Shown: piece by piece, positions 33,891 to 43,296 of the stretch
How positions within the stretch are numbered: the stretch's first letter is position 1
Layout: every line of letters begins with the position of its first letter
Sequence record: OQ790161.1
Reading direction: 5' to 3' (one strand)
DNA length: 64,000 nucleotides
Program-made: the position numbers and the translations under genes
Notes under the pieces: generated by a model
Told to the model about the DNA's origin: nothing
Database searches by the model: none
Seen by the model: only the letters and a program-made list of their open reading frames with translations

Positions 33891-34349
33891 ATGCACCAGA
33901 GCGCAGCTAAATTGGGAACGTTGGCAGAACTGGGTTTTACCCATCAGCTGCCGGCCAATGAACACAACCCGGCATTTACTGCCATGGCCTCGATCAGCCA
34001 TCACCGCGTCAGCGAAGATGACATCGAAGACCTGGAGCCGGAGCTGCTCACCTACGATCAGATCACCAAAGACGCCAAGATCCCCCAATTCAAATTGGGC
34101 GACAAGGTGTGGGTACCGGAATGGGACGATGACGGTGTACCGGTGGATCACTTCGAGGTGTTCATCGTGGGCATGGAGGTCTACCACGACAAGATTTTCT
34201 ACATGATCGGTTTCTTCGATCCCAGCGATGGCATGATCGATACGAACTTCGAAACGGTCGATGACGAGGACGTCTTCGCCGAGAAGCCGAACTTGGAGCA
34301 AGCGCAGAAGCGTGCGCAGGGTAAGCCCAAGTTGAGTGTAGTGCGCTAA
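33891..34349 (+). CDS. Acidic SH3-like hypothetical protein with C-terminal KPKLSVVR
   Basis: FKLGDKVW motif; very acidic. Confidence 0.7.
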   Translation: MHQSAAKLGTLAELGFTHQLPANEHNPAFTAMASISHHRVSEDDIEDLEPELLTYDQITKDAKIPQFKLGDKVWVPEWDDDGVPVDHFEVFIVGMEVYHDKIFYMIGFFDPSDGMIDTNFETVDDEDVFAEKPNLEQAQKRAQGKPKLSVVR

Positions 34350-34351
34350 GT

Positions 34352-34384
34352 CATAAGCCCCACCCTTCGGGGTGGGGTTTTATG
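34352..34384. terminator. CATA-hairpin-TATG module
   Basis: cata-agccccaccc-ttcg-gggtggggtt-t-tatg. Confidence 0.8.
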
Positions 34385-34464
34385 CCGCCTTAACAGTATT
34401 TCAAAACTATAATACCTTAGTAATAGGCATAAGACCTATAATCTCGACCACCTCTGGATCTCAT

Positions 34465-34854
34465 ATGGAAACCCTCATCAGTCCATCATTAAGGCTGGAC
34501 GACCGCCGTCTGACTGTAGTGATCAATCGACACCTCTGCCTTCGCCGCGCCGCAAAAGCACTGCCCGATTGTGACTTGAAGATATTTGCCCAGATCATGG
34601 ACGAATATACCGGGTATAAGTTCGAGCCGGATTTCAACCTCATTCGCGGTCGTTCCAAGGTCTTTGAGTGGCTGGCCGAACTCCTGCGTGAAGTGCGCGA
34701 TCCCAACGATCCGCGTTGGGAAGCTATCCTGCGCTTTCCGCACCGGCAAAGCCGCATCTTGGAAACCCGTCGGGTTTTTCGGATCAACCCTACCCTGGCT
34801 GCCTTGGTCGTGCGTTTGATCGATTACAAACAACCTTTGGAAAAGAAGGAGTGA
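34465..34854 (+). CDS. Hypothetical protein
   Basis: ATG 34465 downstream of promoter box at 34400. Confidence 0.65.
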   Translation: METLISPSLRLDDRRLTVVINRHLCLRRAAKALPDCDLKIFAQIMDEYTGYKFEPDFNLIRGRSKVFEWLAELLREVRDPNDPRWEAILRFPHRQSRILETRRVFRINPTLAALVVRLIDYKQPLEKKE

Positions 34855-35231
34855 CTGTGCGCAATACCCTCGGAATGGATCTGGCACTGCTTGCCAACGG
34901 CGATTACGGAAGGATCACCGCGTGGAATGAAAAGCAGGTTACCGAACGTCTGCGCTGCCTGATCAATTACCACCATGAACATCACCTGCTCACCGGTACG
35001 CCGGATGTGTTGGTGTTGCAGCTGTCGGTGGCAGCCCTTGTACGTGACTTGCCTGAAGTGGCCAAGCGCATGCACATTGAAAAGCTCATGGAAGGGCTTA
35101 ACGAGCAGGACACTCAGCTTTACCGTGATTGCCTGCTCTCTTCGTTGGTCAACAATCTGGAAACGGAGCTGATCGGAATCCAGACCGACAAAGAGTTCTT
35201 TAATCTGCTGCGCCAAGCGCAACTCTCCTAA
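34851..35231 (+). CDS. Hypothetical protein
   Basis: AAGGA-GTGA overlap. Confidence 0.65.
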   Translation: MTVRNTLGMDLALLANGDYGRITAWNEKQVTERLRCLINYHHEHHLLTGTPDVLVLQLSVAALVRDLPEVAKRMHIEKLMEGLNEQDTQLYRDCLLSSLVNNLETELIGIQTDKEFFNLLRQAQLS

Positions 35232-35261
35232 ACTGCAACACCAATCGACACGGAGTTTCAA

Positions 35262-36134
35262 ATGGACCAGAACACCAAGAAGATCTACGACGTGCGCCTG
35301 AACGAACAGGACCGCATGACCATCATCGGTACCAGCCCCAACGTCGCCGGCCAGGCCGTGTTCTTCGACCTCACCGGCAAGAATGAGCCGTCGACCAATG
35401 GCGAGCGTCGTGTCTACGGCACGCTCAACGAGCACGATACCGGCTTCGATGATCGTGCCTTCCTCTCCAAGCTCGTGGAGTTTGCGGTGAGTCATTTCGC
35501 CCCGAACTACCCCGATGACGCGAACAAGTCCTACTTCACCGGCAGCAAATACAACTTCGATTTTGCCAAGCCGTTGGACTGGACTGAACTGTCCCAGTGG
35601 GCCGATTTCTTTGACGTCGAACTGACCAACGTTCCCACGGTCGATGTCGAGCGCATGACGCGCAAGTACGACACTGGCCGTGCGTTCCAGTTTGAGTTCA
35701 TGTCCGGCGACAACGGCGACTACCTGCACTTGGACGGGACCAGCTTGGAAACCCTGAACATGCAGGTCGAGCTGAAGTACGCCGTGAAGGATGATGCCAT
35801 CTACTTCTACAAGATCTTCGACAACAAGGCCAAATCCGTCGGTCCCCGTTTGATTCCGCTGTCGTGGGTGCTGATGGGGATGGTGGTTGCCCATGTCACC
35901 AAAGACGAAGGGGAGCAGACCCGCCTGGTGGTTGTGGATGAAAGCCTGATCTCTGGTGATATGGATCCGGGTCAGCTGGTGCGGCTGCTGGGCATCAGCG
36001 AATACTACCCGCAGTCCGGTATCCCCGAGGAAGGGAACTACGTCATCGATCCGCGACTCATCGAGCTGGGCAATGAAGCCCTGCGCAAGCTGGAGTTCAA
36101 GCTCTCCCCGGTGAAAGTCGAACCGACGGCATAA
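35262..36134 (+). CDS. Hypothetical protein
   Basis: GGAG RBS; strong C-ending codon bias. Confidence 0.85.
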   Translation: MDQNTKKIYDVRLNEQDRMTIIGTSPNVAGQAVFFDLTGKNEPSTNGERRVYGTLNEHDTGFDDRAFLSKLVEFAVSHFAPNYPDDANKSYFTGSKYNFDFAKPLDWTELSQWADFFDVELTNVPTVDVERMTRKYDTGRAFQFEFMSGDNGDYLHLDGTSLETLNMQVELKYAVKDDAIYFYKIFDNKAKSVGPRLIPLSWVLMGMVVAHVTKDEGEQTRLVVVDESLISGDMDPGQLVRLLGISEYYPQSGIPEEGNYVIDPRLIELGNEALRKLEFKLSPVKVEPTA

Positions 36135-36140
36135 AAGCAA

Positions 36141-36164
36141 GAGGGCTCCCTTCGGGGAGCCCTC
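36141..36164. terminator. Bidirectional UUCG hairpin
   Basis: gagggctccc-ttcg-gggagccctc between convergent genes. Confidence 0.75.
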
Positions 36165-36187
36165 TCACGGCATCCTTTTGTTTTTGG

Positions 36188-36421
36188 TCACCGCGAGCGC
36201 CGGCGAGTCGGCTTGCTCTGCAGATGCGCCAACGGGTAGTCCGACAGGAACCGCTCAGCAGCGGGCTTGTCTTGGAACCGGCCCAGTACTACGCCAGTCT
36301 TTTCCTTGATGAGACGACACGGCAGTTCGCTACCTGCAGCATTTTCGAACGTGACCAGTTTAAGCTTCTTCCTGTACTCTTGTGCCCTGTCGGAGGCGGT
36401 TGGTGCGACTACTGTCGACAT
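36188..36421 (-). CDS. Hypothetical protein
   Basis: 77-aa ORF converging on terminator. Confidence 0.6.
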   Translation of the reverse strand: MSTVVAPTASDRAQEYRKKLKLVTFENAAGSELPCRLIKEKTGVVLGRFQDKPAAERFLSDYPLAHLQSKPTRRRSR

Positions 36422-36524
36422 TGTAGGGGTCCCCTGGATTGCGTGGTTGCGGTTTTGTATGAAGTGGTGGTTCCTCTCGGGACCATAGAATTACGTATTT
36501 TTTTACATGCAGATGTGATGATGT

Positions 36525-37235
36525 GGTGAAAGCCGGTCAGTACAGCTCATCGCATAGCGAAGACCCGAAGCCCGACTCAAACCTGCGTGCTAGATCCGCC
36601 ACCTCTCGAAGGCGTTTCTCCAAAGCAACACTTCGTCACTGTTCTCGCGTCGAAAGATACGAGACTTCCAACCTTGGGATCGAAGCACGCCTTATTGAAT
36701 GTCTGGAGTTACCAGTCTGGCCTTGGAGCCCGCATGACTGCTGATTCCTTACTAAGCACTCCCGGCAACTTACGGTGACGGGGTTAAAGTGCGCGTTGAG
36801 TTGTGAGCCCCTGCGAAGGCTTCCACAACTCTTAACCGTGCGGCTGGATCTCGCAGACCAGCAAGTTGTACGCGCTCAGTAAGCCTCACGAATCGCTTAG
36901 CTCAATAGGGCGAGCTTTCGACGGTGCACAGTCCATCCTACGAGTGGAAAACCCCAGGGGCTTCGGCCGCGGGGACTCACGAGAGTCGGTCGATACCCGA
37001 TGATGGATTGGTAACGCACTGGTAGATGAAGTGAGTGAAAGCTTTAGGGCAGTACGTGTGCAGCCTTCAGTGGTTTCTTTCGTCGGAAGAGCTCCCGACC
37101 ATTGAGACTACTGTGGGAAGTACATGGGTAGGAAAGGGGTGTAAGAGCCAGGCCTGGGCGGCCTGGCTCTTATGCCGTCGAGTGCGTAAAAGGAAACACC
37201 CCATCCACAGTCTATGTATTGAACTGCCTTTCAAG
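36525..37235. ncRNA. Candidate large (~700 nt) multi-domain structured RNA
   Basis: No credible ORF; at least 15 nested helices with GNRA/UUCG loops (see findings). Confidence 0.6.
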
Positions 37236-37269
37236 CCCGTACTATCCACTCGTGCCCAAGGAGTCAGCA

Positions 37270-37524
37270 ATGACCCAGCAAGATGAACCCAAGGTCAATC
37301 CGGTTGAGGCTTACAAGCATCACATCCATCTGATGTTGCGTGCCCGCTTCAACAAGGACTTCCGCGAAGAAGATCAACAGCTGGCCGCGATGGACCACTA
37401 TTACCTCCAGTGCGATGAAGTCGGTCGCAACCTGACCAAGGAATACGTGGCCACCGTCATCAAGCCGTACACCAAGATCAACGGCGTCCCCACCGAACTA
37501 CCGCCCCTGTATACCCCGACATAA
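37270..37524 (+). CDS. Hypothetical protein
   Basis: AAGGAG RBS before ATG 37270. Confidence 0.75.
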   Translation: MTQQDEPKVNPVEAYKHHIHLMLRARFNKDFREEDQQLAAMDHYYLQCDEVGRNLTKEYVATVIKPYTKINGVPTELPPLYTPT

Positions 37525-37535
37525 CGGAAAGTCCA

Positions 37536-38075
37536 ATGACCGACGAAGCCAAGATCACTGTTCCCTACGACCAGTTCCACATCACCTCGTTCCTGTACTG
37601 GATCGAGTCCAACGGCTACAAGCCCCATCTGGTTGTACTCACCGGGTATCCGGGTGTGCGTCTGCCGCCGGCGTCGATGTCCAAGGAAATGGAAGTGATC
37701 AACGCCCACAGCGATGCCGTGCACAAGATGCAATGGCACGATGATCGCGTGGAGTTCAACGCACGCTTCGGCGGTAAGGACCACCGGCTGGTCATTCCCT
37801 ATCGCGCGATCCGGGCCGTCACCTTCGCCCACACCTCCACCGGCGTAGCCATGCCGTGGGCCAATGATCCGCTGCCGACGCCGACCAGTGTACTGGACCC
37901 GGTCTTCGAGCAGGTCGGTCAGGCACTGGTAGGTGAGCCGCCCCAAGCCGAGGCGGTTGCCGAACCGGAAGTGGTTGCCGAAGACGCCGTGCCGAACAAG
38001 GACGCTGAAACCGAAGCGCCCAAGTCCAACGTGCGCACCGTGGACTTCCGTGCTCCGCGCAAGCCCAAGAGCTAA
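37536..38075 (+). CDS. sspB: ClpXP adaptor SspB (stringent starvation protein B)
   Basis: YWIESNGYKPHLVV...VINAHSDAV...VEFNARFGG...IPYRAI...TG.AMPW, acidic/Pro tail. Confidence 0.88.
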   Translation: MTDEAKITVPYDQFHITSFLYWIESNGYKPHLVVLTGYPGVRLPPASMSKEMEVINAHSDAVHKMQWHDDRVEFNARFGGKDHRLVIPYRAIRAVTFAHTSTGVAMPWANDPLPTPTSVLDPVFEQVGQALVGEPPQAEAVAEPEVVAEDAVPNKDAETEAPKSNVRTVDFRAPRKPKS

Positions 38076-38080
38076 GCCAA

Positions 38081-38114
38081 CATAAGCCCCCACCCCGAAG
38101 GGTGGGGGTCTATG
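38081..38114. terminator. Bidirectional CATA-hairpin-TATG module
   Basis: cata-agcccccaccc-cgaa-gggtgggggtc-tatg. Confidence 0.8.
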
Positions 38115-38119
38115 CCGCT

Positions 38120-38509
38120 TTATCTAAAGCTTAGAGCAATCCAGATGTAGCCAGCGTAGGCGAGTGCGAACGCAATGCGGATGAGCGTGATCGTCTTAAT
38201 GTACTGGCGACGTTCCAGATCGAACAACTTGATCCGGCGTGCGTAGTACCCAGAAGCTACGTGTAACGTAGCGTCCATCAAGGCCAGATAACCAGACCAC
38301 GGACAACCGACGAACTTGTGGAAGATCAAAAAGGTTCCCAGTCCAGCGGCTACGGCCATCACAAGGACGGCCCAGTGCCAGTAGGGAGCCCGCATCATCT
38401 GTTGATACCACTTGGTGTAAACCAGCCGTTTGACGGCGGTGTGCTTTACGGCACAACTGATCACCATCAATGCGGCGAGTACGCCTGTGGGCAGCTGGTC
38501 GAAGAGCAT
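38120..38509 (-). CDS. Hypothetical membrane protein
   Basis: Likely start MLFDQLPTG (38509); 3-4 TM segments. Confidence 0.65.
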   Translation of the reverse strand: MLFDQLPTGVLAALMVISCAVKHTAVKRLVYTKWYQQMMRAPYWHWAVLVMAVAAGLGTFLIFHKFVGCPWSGYLALMDATLHVASGYYARRIKLFDLERRQYIKTITLIRIAFALAYAGYIWIALSFR

Positions 38510-38599
38510 AACAGTCACACCTGTAACGAGGGTCCAATCCTCATAGATTGGGTAAAAAATCACGCCAATGTCCAGTCCTATGTCACAAGGAAGAAATCC

Positions 38600-39079
38600 A
38601 TGAGTATCGAAATTGACCAACAGCATGTGCTGGACGTTCTGGCCAAAGAGCTGGCTGTTGAAGAACCTGCACCCTTGCGCCGTGTTGAAGTGATGGTCAT
38701 TGGCAGCGGGATGGATGAGACCCTTCTTCGTCACCTGCGCCTGTTGGGTGTAGGTCGTGGACTTGACATTATCGCCCACGTCGCACGGGATGCGGAGGAA
38801 GCAAAGCGTGAACAGCGCGTCCTGTTGGTGGACGCCGTCGCCAGCGCCTCACACCGCCGTGAGGAATTGGCCGACATCATTCGCAGCATCCAACTCGAAG
38901 ACGACTGGCCGATGCCGACCGTACACATCGAGGAAGTGGAGCCGCCCACCTTCCAACGCCACATCAAACAGCACTCCTTGCCCAAGCTCAACCAGTTCTT
39001 GAACAACCAGCGTAGCAAGGGCCCGCCGACTCGCAAGCAATTCTCCATGCAGCGTCCTCCCCGCCGTGGCGGACGTTAG
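38600..39079 (+). CDS. Hypothetical protein with basic C-terminus
   Basis: AAGGAAG RBS before ATG 38600. Confidence 0.7.
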   Translation: MSIEIDQQHVLDVLAKELAVEEPAPLRRVEVMVIGSGMDETLLRHLRLLGVGRGLDIIAHVARDAEEAKREQRVLLVDAVASASHRREELADIIRSIQLEDDWPMPTVHIEEVEPPTFQRHIKQHSLPKLNQFLNNQRSKGPPTRKQFSMQRPPRRGGR

Positions 39080-39095
39080 TCTCAAAGGAACCATC

Positions 39096-39638
39096 ATGCA
39101 ACAGAACGAATTCCTGCTCCTGACCAAGAACCCGGACGAAGCGATCCTGCTCGACCCCGAAGGTAAGACGCCGCTGACCTTCACCAACCTGCGTGAGCCG
39201 TTGGTGCTGCGGATCGGTGAAACTGCCACGGTACTGGTGGCTGCTCTGCGTGGGTATGATTACCTCACCGGAGCCAACGTCCATCAAGGTTCGCCGACCA
39301 TGCACCACATGCTCCACCATGCACTGGACAATCCGGGCGTGCTGGACTTGCAGGGTATGTACCGCGAGCTGTGTACCGCCACGCGTCTGAAGGGTGAGGC
39401 TTATGTCTTGGTGCGTGACGACCAAGGCACCGTTCATCAGCTGGTCCTGAACGATCAGGGTGACATCGCCCTCAACACCTTCGCCGAGCCGGCCATCTAC
39501 CAGCAGGGTCGAGTGATCTCCGAGTACAACCTGCTCGCGCAGCTGGACGCCGCCCAGGCCAAACGCATCGACCTGGTCAAATCCGCCTTCAACCCCACCC
39601 TGCTCGATACCGGCTTCATCATGCCGCGCATCGACTGA
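39096..39638 (+). CDS. Hypothetical protein
   Basis: AAGGA RBS before ATG 39096. Confidence 0.75.
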   Translation: MQQNEFLLLTKNPDEAILLDPEGKTPLTFTNLREPLVLRIGETATVLVAALRGYDYLTGANVHQGSPTMHHMLHHALDNPGVLDLQGMYRELCTATRLKGEAYVLVRDDQGTVHQLVLNDQGDIALNTFAEPAIYQQGRVISEYNLLAQLDAAQAKRIDLVKSAFNPTLLDTGFIMPRID

Positions 39639-39665
39639 CCCTTTCCCAACCAGCGAAACAACGAC

Positions 39666-40472
39666 ATGATCCAGTCACAGAAGCACCACCTGCACCTGAA
39701 CGGCCACATCAACTTCATCGTCGGCAACGAGCCGGTCGATTCCCTGCTGTTCAAGGACTTCGAGAAGTTCTTGGCCAAGGTCAAGGAAGTGGGTGCCCGC
39801 CAGCACAAGCTCATCAACGATGAGTACAAGGAACTGCGCGACCGTGGCATGGCTGCCCAGAACGTGAAGGAGGTGCGCGACGGCCTGGGCGACATCATCG
39901 TCACCCTCGACGGTCTGCTGTACCGCCTGGACATCCCGTACACCAACATCTTCGCTCCGGCCTTGCCGGTGCTGGACTACGAAATCCTCAACCGCCAGCG
40001 TCGGGCCACGATCAGCAACCTGTCCAACCGCCTGTCGTTCCTGGAGATGGCCCTGCGTACGCTGAATGAGCGCCTGCAGGATTCCAACTACGGCGACTAT
40101 CAAGGCTACCTGCGTACGGTGGCCAACACTGCCGAGGTGATCTACGCGCAGGTCTACGCACTGGCCTACGATCTCGGCGTGGACATCGCCGCCGACCAGC
40201 GTGCCATCTACGCCTCGAACCTGACCAAGTTCGACACCGACGAAGCCGTCGCCCAGCAGGGCCTGGCCAAGTACGAAGCCATGGGCGTGGCCGCTGCCCT
40301 GTTCCCGAAGGAAGTGGACGGTGTGGTCTACCACGTGATCAAGTCCACCGAAGATCGTGAAGTCGGCGGTCGTCCGTTCCCGGCCGGCAAGTTCCTCAAG
40401 TCCGTGCTGTTCCAGGAGCCGGTCCTCGACCCGCTGCCGGAAGGCGCGCTGCTCAACGTGCTGTTCGCCTGA
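39666..40472 (+). CDS. MazG-like/HisE-like NTP pyrophosphohydrolase
   Basis: DEYKEL...EVRDGLGDI...IYASNLTK acidic helical motifs. Confidence 0.8.
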   Translation: MIQSQKHHLHLNGHINFIVGNEPVDSLLFKDFEKFLAKVKEVGARQHKLINDEYKELRDRGMAAQNVKEVRDGLGDIIVTLDGLLYRLDIPYTNIFAPALPVLDYEILNRQRRATISNLSNRLSFLEMALRTLNERLQDSNYGDYQGYLRTVANTAEVIYAQVYALAYDLGVDIAADQRAIYASNLTKFDTDEAVAQQGLAKYEAMGVAAALFPKEVDGVVYHVIKSTEDREVGGRPFPAGKFLKSVLFQEPVLDPLPEGALLNVLFA

Positions 40473-40987
40473 TGCGTGCCGTCGATTTCGACGGGCTGTT
40501 GCGGGAGGGATTGAAGAAGTTCTTCAGTTCCGAGGCTCTCGCTCAGGCCATCGCTGAAGCAGGTACTCAGGATCCCGAGCAGATCCACCAGCGCAACGTG
40601 GAACTGGCCCATGCGTATTTCATGGGTCGCATCCACGAGCAAGAGCAGACACGCGTCCTGCTCCCGGTGGACCGCGCCAATACGGTCTACATCGCCGGTC
40701 CCATGACGGGCTTGCCGGAGTACAACTTCCCGGCGTTCAATGCCGCTGCTGAAGAACTGCGTGCCACTGGCGCGACGGTGTACAACCCGGCTGACCACGG
40801 CTTGATCGACGGCGCTGCATGGGATGACTACCTGCGCTTTGACATCGGCAACCTTGTCAAGTGCGAGAGCATCTACCTGCTGCCGGGCTGGTCCAACTCC
40901 AAGGGTGCCCGCATGGAGTACAAGCTGGCTCGCAAGCTGGACATCGCCGTGCGCTTTGCACCCGGTGCCGAGCAACCGATGGAATGA
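40472..40987 (+). CDS. DUF4406 (nucleoside deoxyribosyltransferase-like) protein
   Basis: VYIAGPMTGLPEYNFPAF...VYNPA...CESIYLLPGWSNSKGARME. Confidence 0.85.
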   Translation: MRAVDFDGLLREGLKKFFSSEALAQAIAEAGTQDPEQIHQRNVELAHAYFMGRIHEQEQTRVLLPVDRANTVYIAGPMTGLPEYNFPAFNAAAEELRATGATVYNPADHGLIDGAAWDDYLRFDIGNLVKCESIYLLPGWSNSKGARMEYKLARKLDIAVRFAPGAEQPME

Positions 40988-40990
40988 TGG

Positions 40991-41022
40991 CATACACCCC
41001 GCCTTCGGGCGGGGGTTCTATG
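40991..41022. terminator. CATA-hairpin-TATG module
   Basis: cata-caccccgcc-ttcg-ggcgggggt-tc-tatg. Confidence 0.75.
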
Positions 41023-41104
41023 GTGCTTTTTTCTTTGGGATATAGACGGAATTCAAACCCATACTATCGCATTGATAGGTACTCACACCAAACAAGGAAA
41101 GTCA

Positions 41105-41716
41105 ATGATCCTTTTCAGCTGCAACAATCCCAACAACATCGACGCCCATGTCCTGTGCCAGGATGATCGGACAACGCCAGTACAGCTGACTCGTCTGGCA
41201 CGAGCTGTCGAGTTGGAGAAAGTCGTCTTCACCCACGAATGGCAGTTCAGTCCCACCGACTTCCGTCGTGAGGGTATCTCTGGAGTACGTCATGTGGGGC
41301 AGGTGGCCAAAGACTTCCAGTCGCTCTACAGTCTCTATCGTGACCGTGTCGGCAATACGGGCCTGACCTTCGAACAGTGGCTGTCGGTATTGCCCGGTAT
41401 TGGTTCGGGTCAAGCGCCGGTGGACTACATCGGTCTGTACATGTGCCAAGACGGCAAGCAATGGATCGTCTCCGTCACCAAGGCCAAGCTCCACCTGACG
41501 GAAATCACCGAATCGATCCTGATCAAGAACTACGTCGTGATGCCCTTGCGCGATGTCATCGCCGGCGCACGCCAGCGGACCGAGAAGCGACTGGCATTGA
41601 TCGAGAGCTTCGGTCAACGGCTCAATGATGGGGAGTATCTGGGGGACATCACTTGGCGGGGCGATCAGGAGATCGACATGGAATCGTTCATAACCGACTA
41701 CCTGCTCAAGGACTAG
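41105..41716 (+). CDS. Hypothetical protein
   Basis: AAGGA RBS before ATG 41105. Confidence 0.75.
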   Translation: MILFSCNNPNNIDAHVLCQDDRTTPVQLTRLARAVELEKVVFTHEWQFSPTDFRREGISGVRHVGQVAKDFQSLYSLYRDRVGNTGLTFEQWLSVLPGIGSGQAPVDYIGLYMCQDGKQWIVSVTKAKLHLTEITESILIKNYVVMPLRDVIAGARQRTEKRLALIESFGQRLNDGEYLGDITWRGDQEIDMESFITDYLLKD

Positions 41717-41770
41717 TCATTTCTTACTGACCTGTCCTCATCTTACGTATACACTCCACCTGAGACCGCT

Positions 41771-42646
41771 ATGGGCATTCTTGCCGACCACCAAATCCTC
41801 AAGCTGTGTGACTTGGGACCGATCATCACCTACGCCGCAATGCGTGAGGAGATGGAAAAGGACGAACAGCTACTGGCCGAGATCAAGGCCCACGTTGCCG
41901 CCCAACCCAACAAGAACCATCCCAAGTTCTTCGAAGCGGCCGAGATGTCCAACCGCATTCACGATCGCTGGCGTACACAGCCGTTCGGAATGATCCACCC
42001 CTTCAACGCCAACCTGATCCGCGAAGTCATCGATGAAGGAAGTGAGCATCGGCAGAATGCAGCGATTGCCAACTGGGCGCGTGCCAACCCCACCGAAGTA
42101 CCCTCACAGGAGCTGCAGGCTGAGTTTCGCGAGAAGTTCCCATTGCAGTCGCGCAAGATCGTCAGCAAGGGACTGACCTCCTACGGCTATGACGTGAGTT
42201 TGTCTGACCGGGTCAAGTTGTTCACCAACATCAACTCGGCCACGATCGACCCCAAGCGCTTCAACGAAGAAGAATCGCTGGTGGACGCTGTGGTCAAGAC
42301 CGATCCCTGCGACGGCAGTCAGTACGTGATGCTTCCGCCGAACAGCTACTTGCTGGGCGTCACCAACGAGTACTTCCGCATTCCGCGCAATGTCATGGTG
42401 ATCTGTCTGGGTAAGTCCACCTACGCACGCTGTGGTGCGATCGTCAATGCCACGCCGATCGAGCCGGGCTTCCACGGTAACGTGGTGATCGAGATCAGCA
42501 ACTCGACACCTTCACCCATGCGCATCTACGTCAACGAAGGTATTGCCCAGTTCCTGTTCTTCGAAGGCGAGGAATGCCAGACCAGCTACGCCGACCGCGG
42601 TGGAAAATACCAAGGTCAGACCGGCGTCACTCTCCCGAAGGTGTAA
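41771..42646 (+). CDS. dcd: dCTP deaminase with N-terminal insertions
   Basis: [66 protein letters not shown]. Confidence 0.95.
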   Translation: MGILADHQILKLCDLGPIITYAAMREEMEKDEQLLAEIKAHVAAQPNKNHPKFFEAAEMSNRIHDRWRTQPFGMIHPFNANLIREVIDEGSEHRQNAAIANWARANPTEVPSQELQAEFREKFPLQSRKIVSKGLTSYGYDVSLSDRVKLFTNINSATIDPKRFNEEESLVDAVVKTDPCDGSQYVMLPPNSYLLGVTNEYFRIPRNVMVICLGKSTYARCGAIVNATPIEPGFHGNVVIEISNSTPSPMRIYVNEGIAQFLFFEGEECQTSYADRGGKYQGQTGVTLPKV

Positions 42647-42921
42647 TGATGAAAACCATGTTTTTCACCGCAGTGTGCGGATATGCGGGGTTGGAGAAGT
42701 TCAGCTTCTTCAGCGTTGATTTCTCGGTGGAGCAGTGGTCGGATCTGGAAAAAGTCGGCCAAGCGATGGTTGAGGAAGAGTGGGCGAAGATCTCGCCCCA
42801 CCCGGCACCGACCATCCTACAATACGTACCGGGCGGTATCGTCCAGTTGTCCGATGAGGAGTACAAGTCCGTCCGTGACGATCTCCTTGCCCGCGCCAAA
42901 GAAGTACTTGCCAAGGTCTAA
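42646..42921 (+). CDS. Hypothetical protein
   Basis: TAATG overlap with dcd. Confidence 0.7.
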   Translation: MMKTMFFTAVCGYAGLEKFSFFSVDFSVEQWSDLEKVGQAMVEEEWAKISPHPAPTILQYVPGGIVQLSDEEYKSVRDDLLARAKEVLAKV

Positions 42922-42927
42922 ACTCCC

Positions 42928-43296
42928 ATGGGGATCGAATACGAAAACATCGGTGAGGTTATTGCCGGTGATGTCAAGCAGTATCTGATCCGCAACGAAC
43001 TCTGTACGCCTGACGAAGCCGATGTACTTTGTCAGGTGTATCAGGACCAGCCCAACGAAATCACCAGCATGAGCTGGTGGGACGTGCTTGGGTTGGCGAT
43101 GAAACAGAACAGCTACCTGTTCTCGTTCTGGGAGGAGCGGGCCAAACGCATCAATGTTCGTACGCCTCACCCCAATGAGCGCCGCGTCGTTCCTGGGTTG
43201 GTATCGGCGCCTGAGGGCTTGCTGATCTTACCTAATCCGGACAGCTCGGTGCAGTCCTTGAAACGTTTGACAGGAGTATGCAATGGCAATGGCTGA
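42928..43296 (+). CDS. Hypothetical protein
   Basis: Operon context. Confidence 0.7.
   Translation: MGIEYENIGEVIAGDVKQYLIRNELCTPDEADVLCQVYQDQPNEITSMSWWDVLGLAMKQNSYLFSFWEERAKRINVRTPHPNERRVVPGLVSAPEGLLILPNPDSSVQSLKRLTGVCNGNG

Noticed and set aside
36525-37235. tmRNA (suggested by nearby sspB and a TTCGACGG segment) or a spliced group I intron
   Set aside because: No T-arm/CCA end or tag ORF on either strand; no interrupted gene flanks the element; only a weak P7-like pair
37035-37286. 83-aa GTG-start ORF
   Set aside because: No RBS, atypical composition, and it overlaps a densely paired RNA domain
2358-40472. Z-base (2-aminoadenine) or other hypermodification pathway from HD + MazG genes
   Set aside because: No PurZ, queuosine-pathway or glycosyltransferase gene in the window; the genes are scattered
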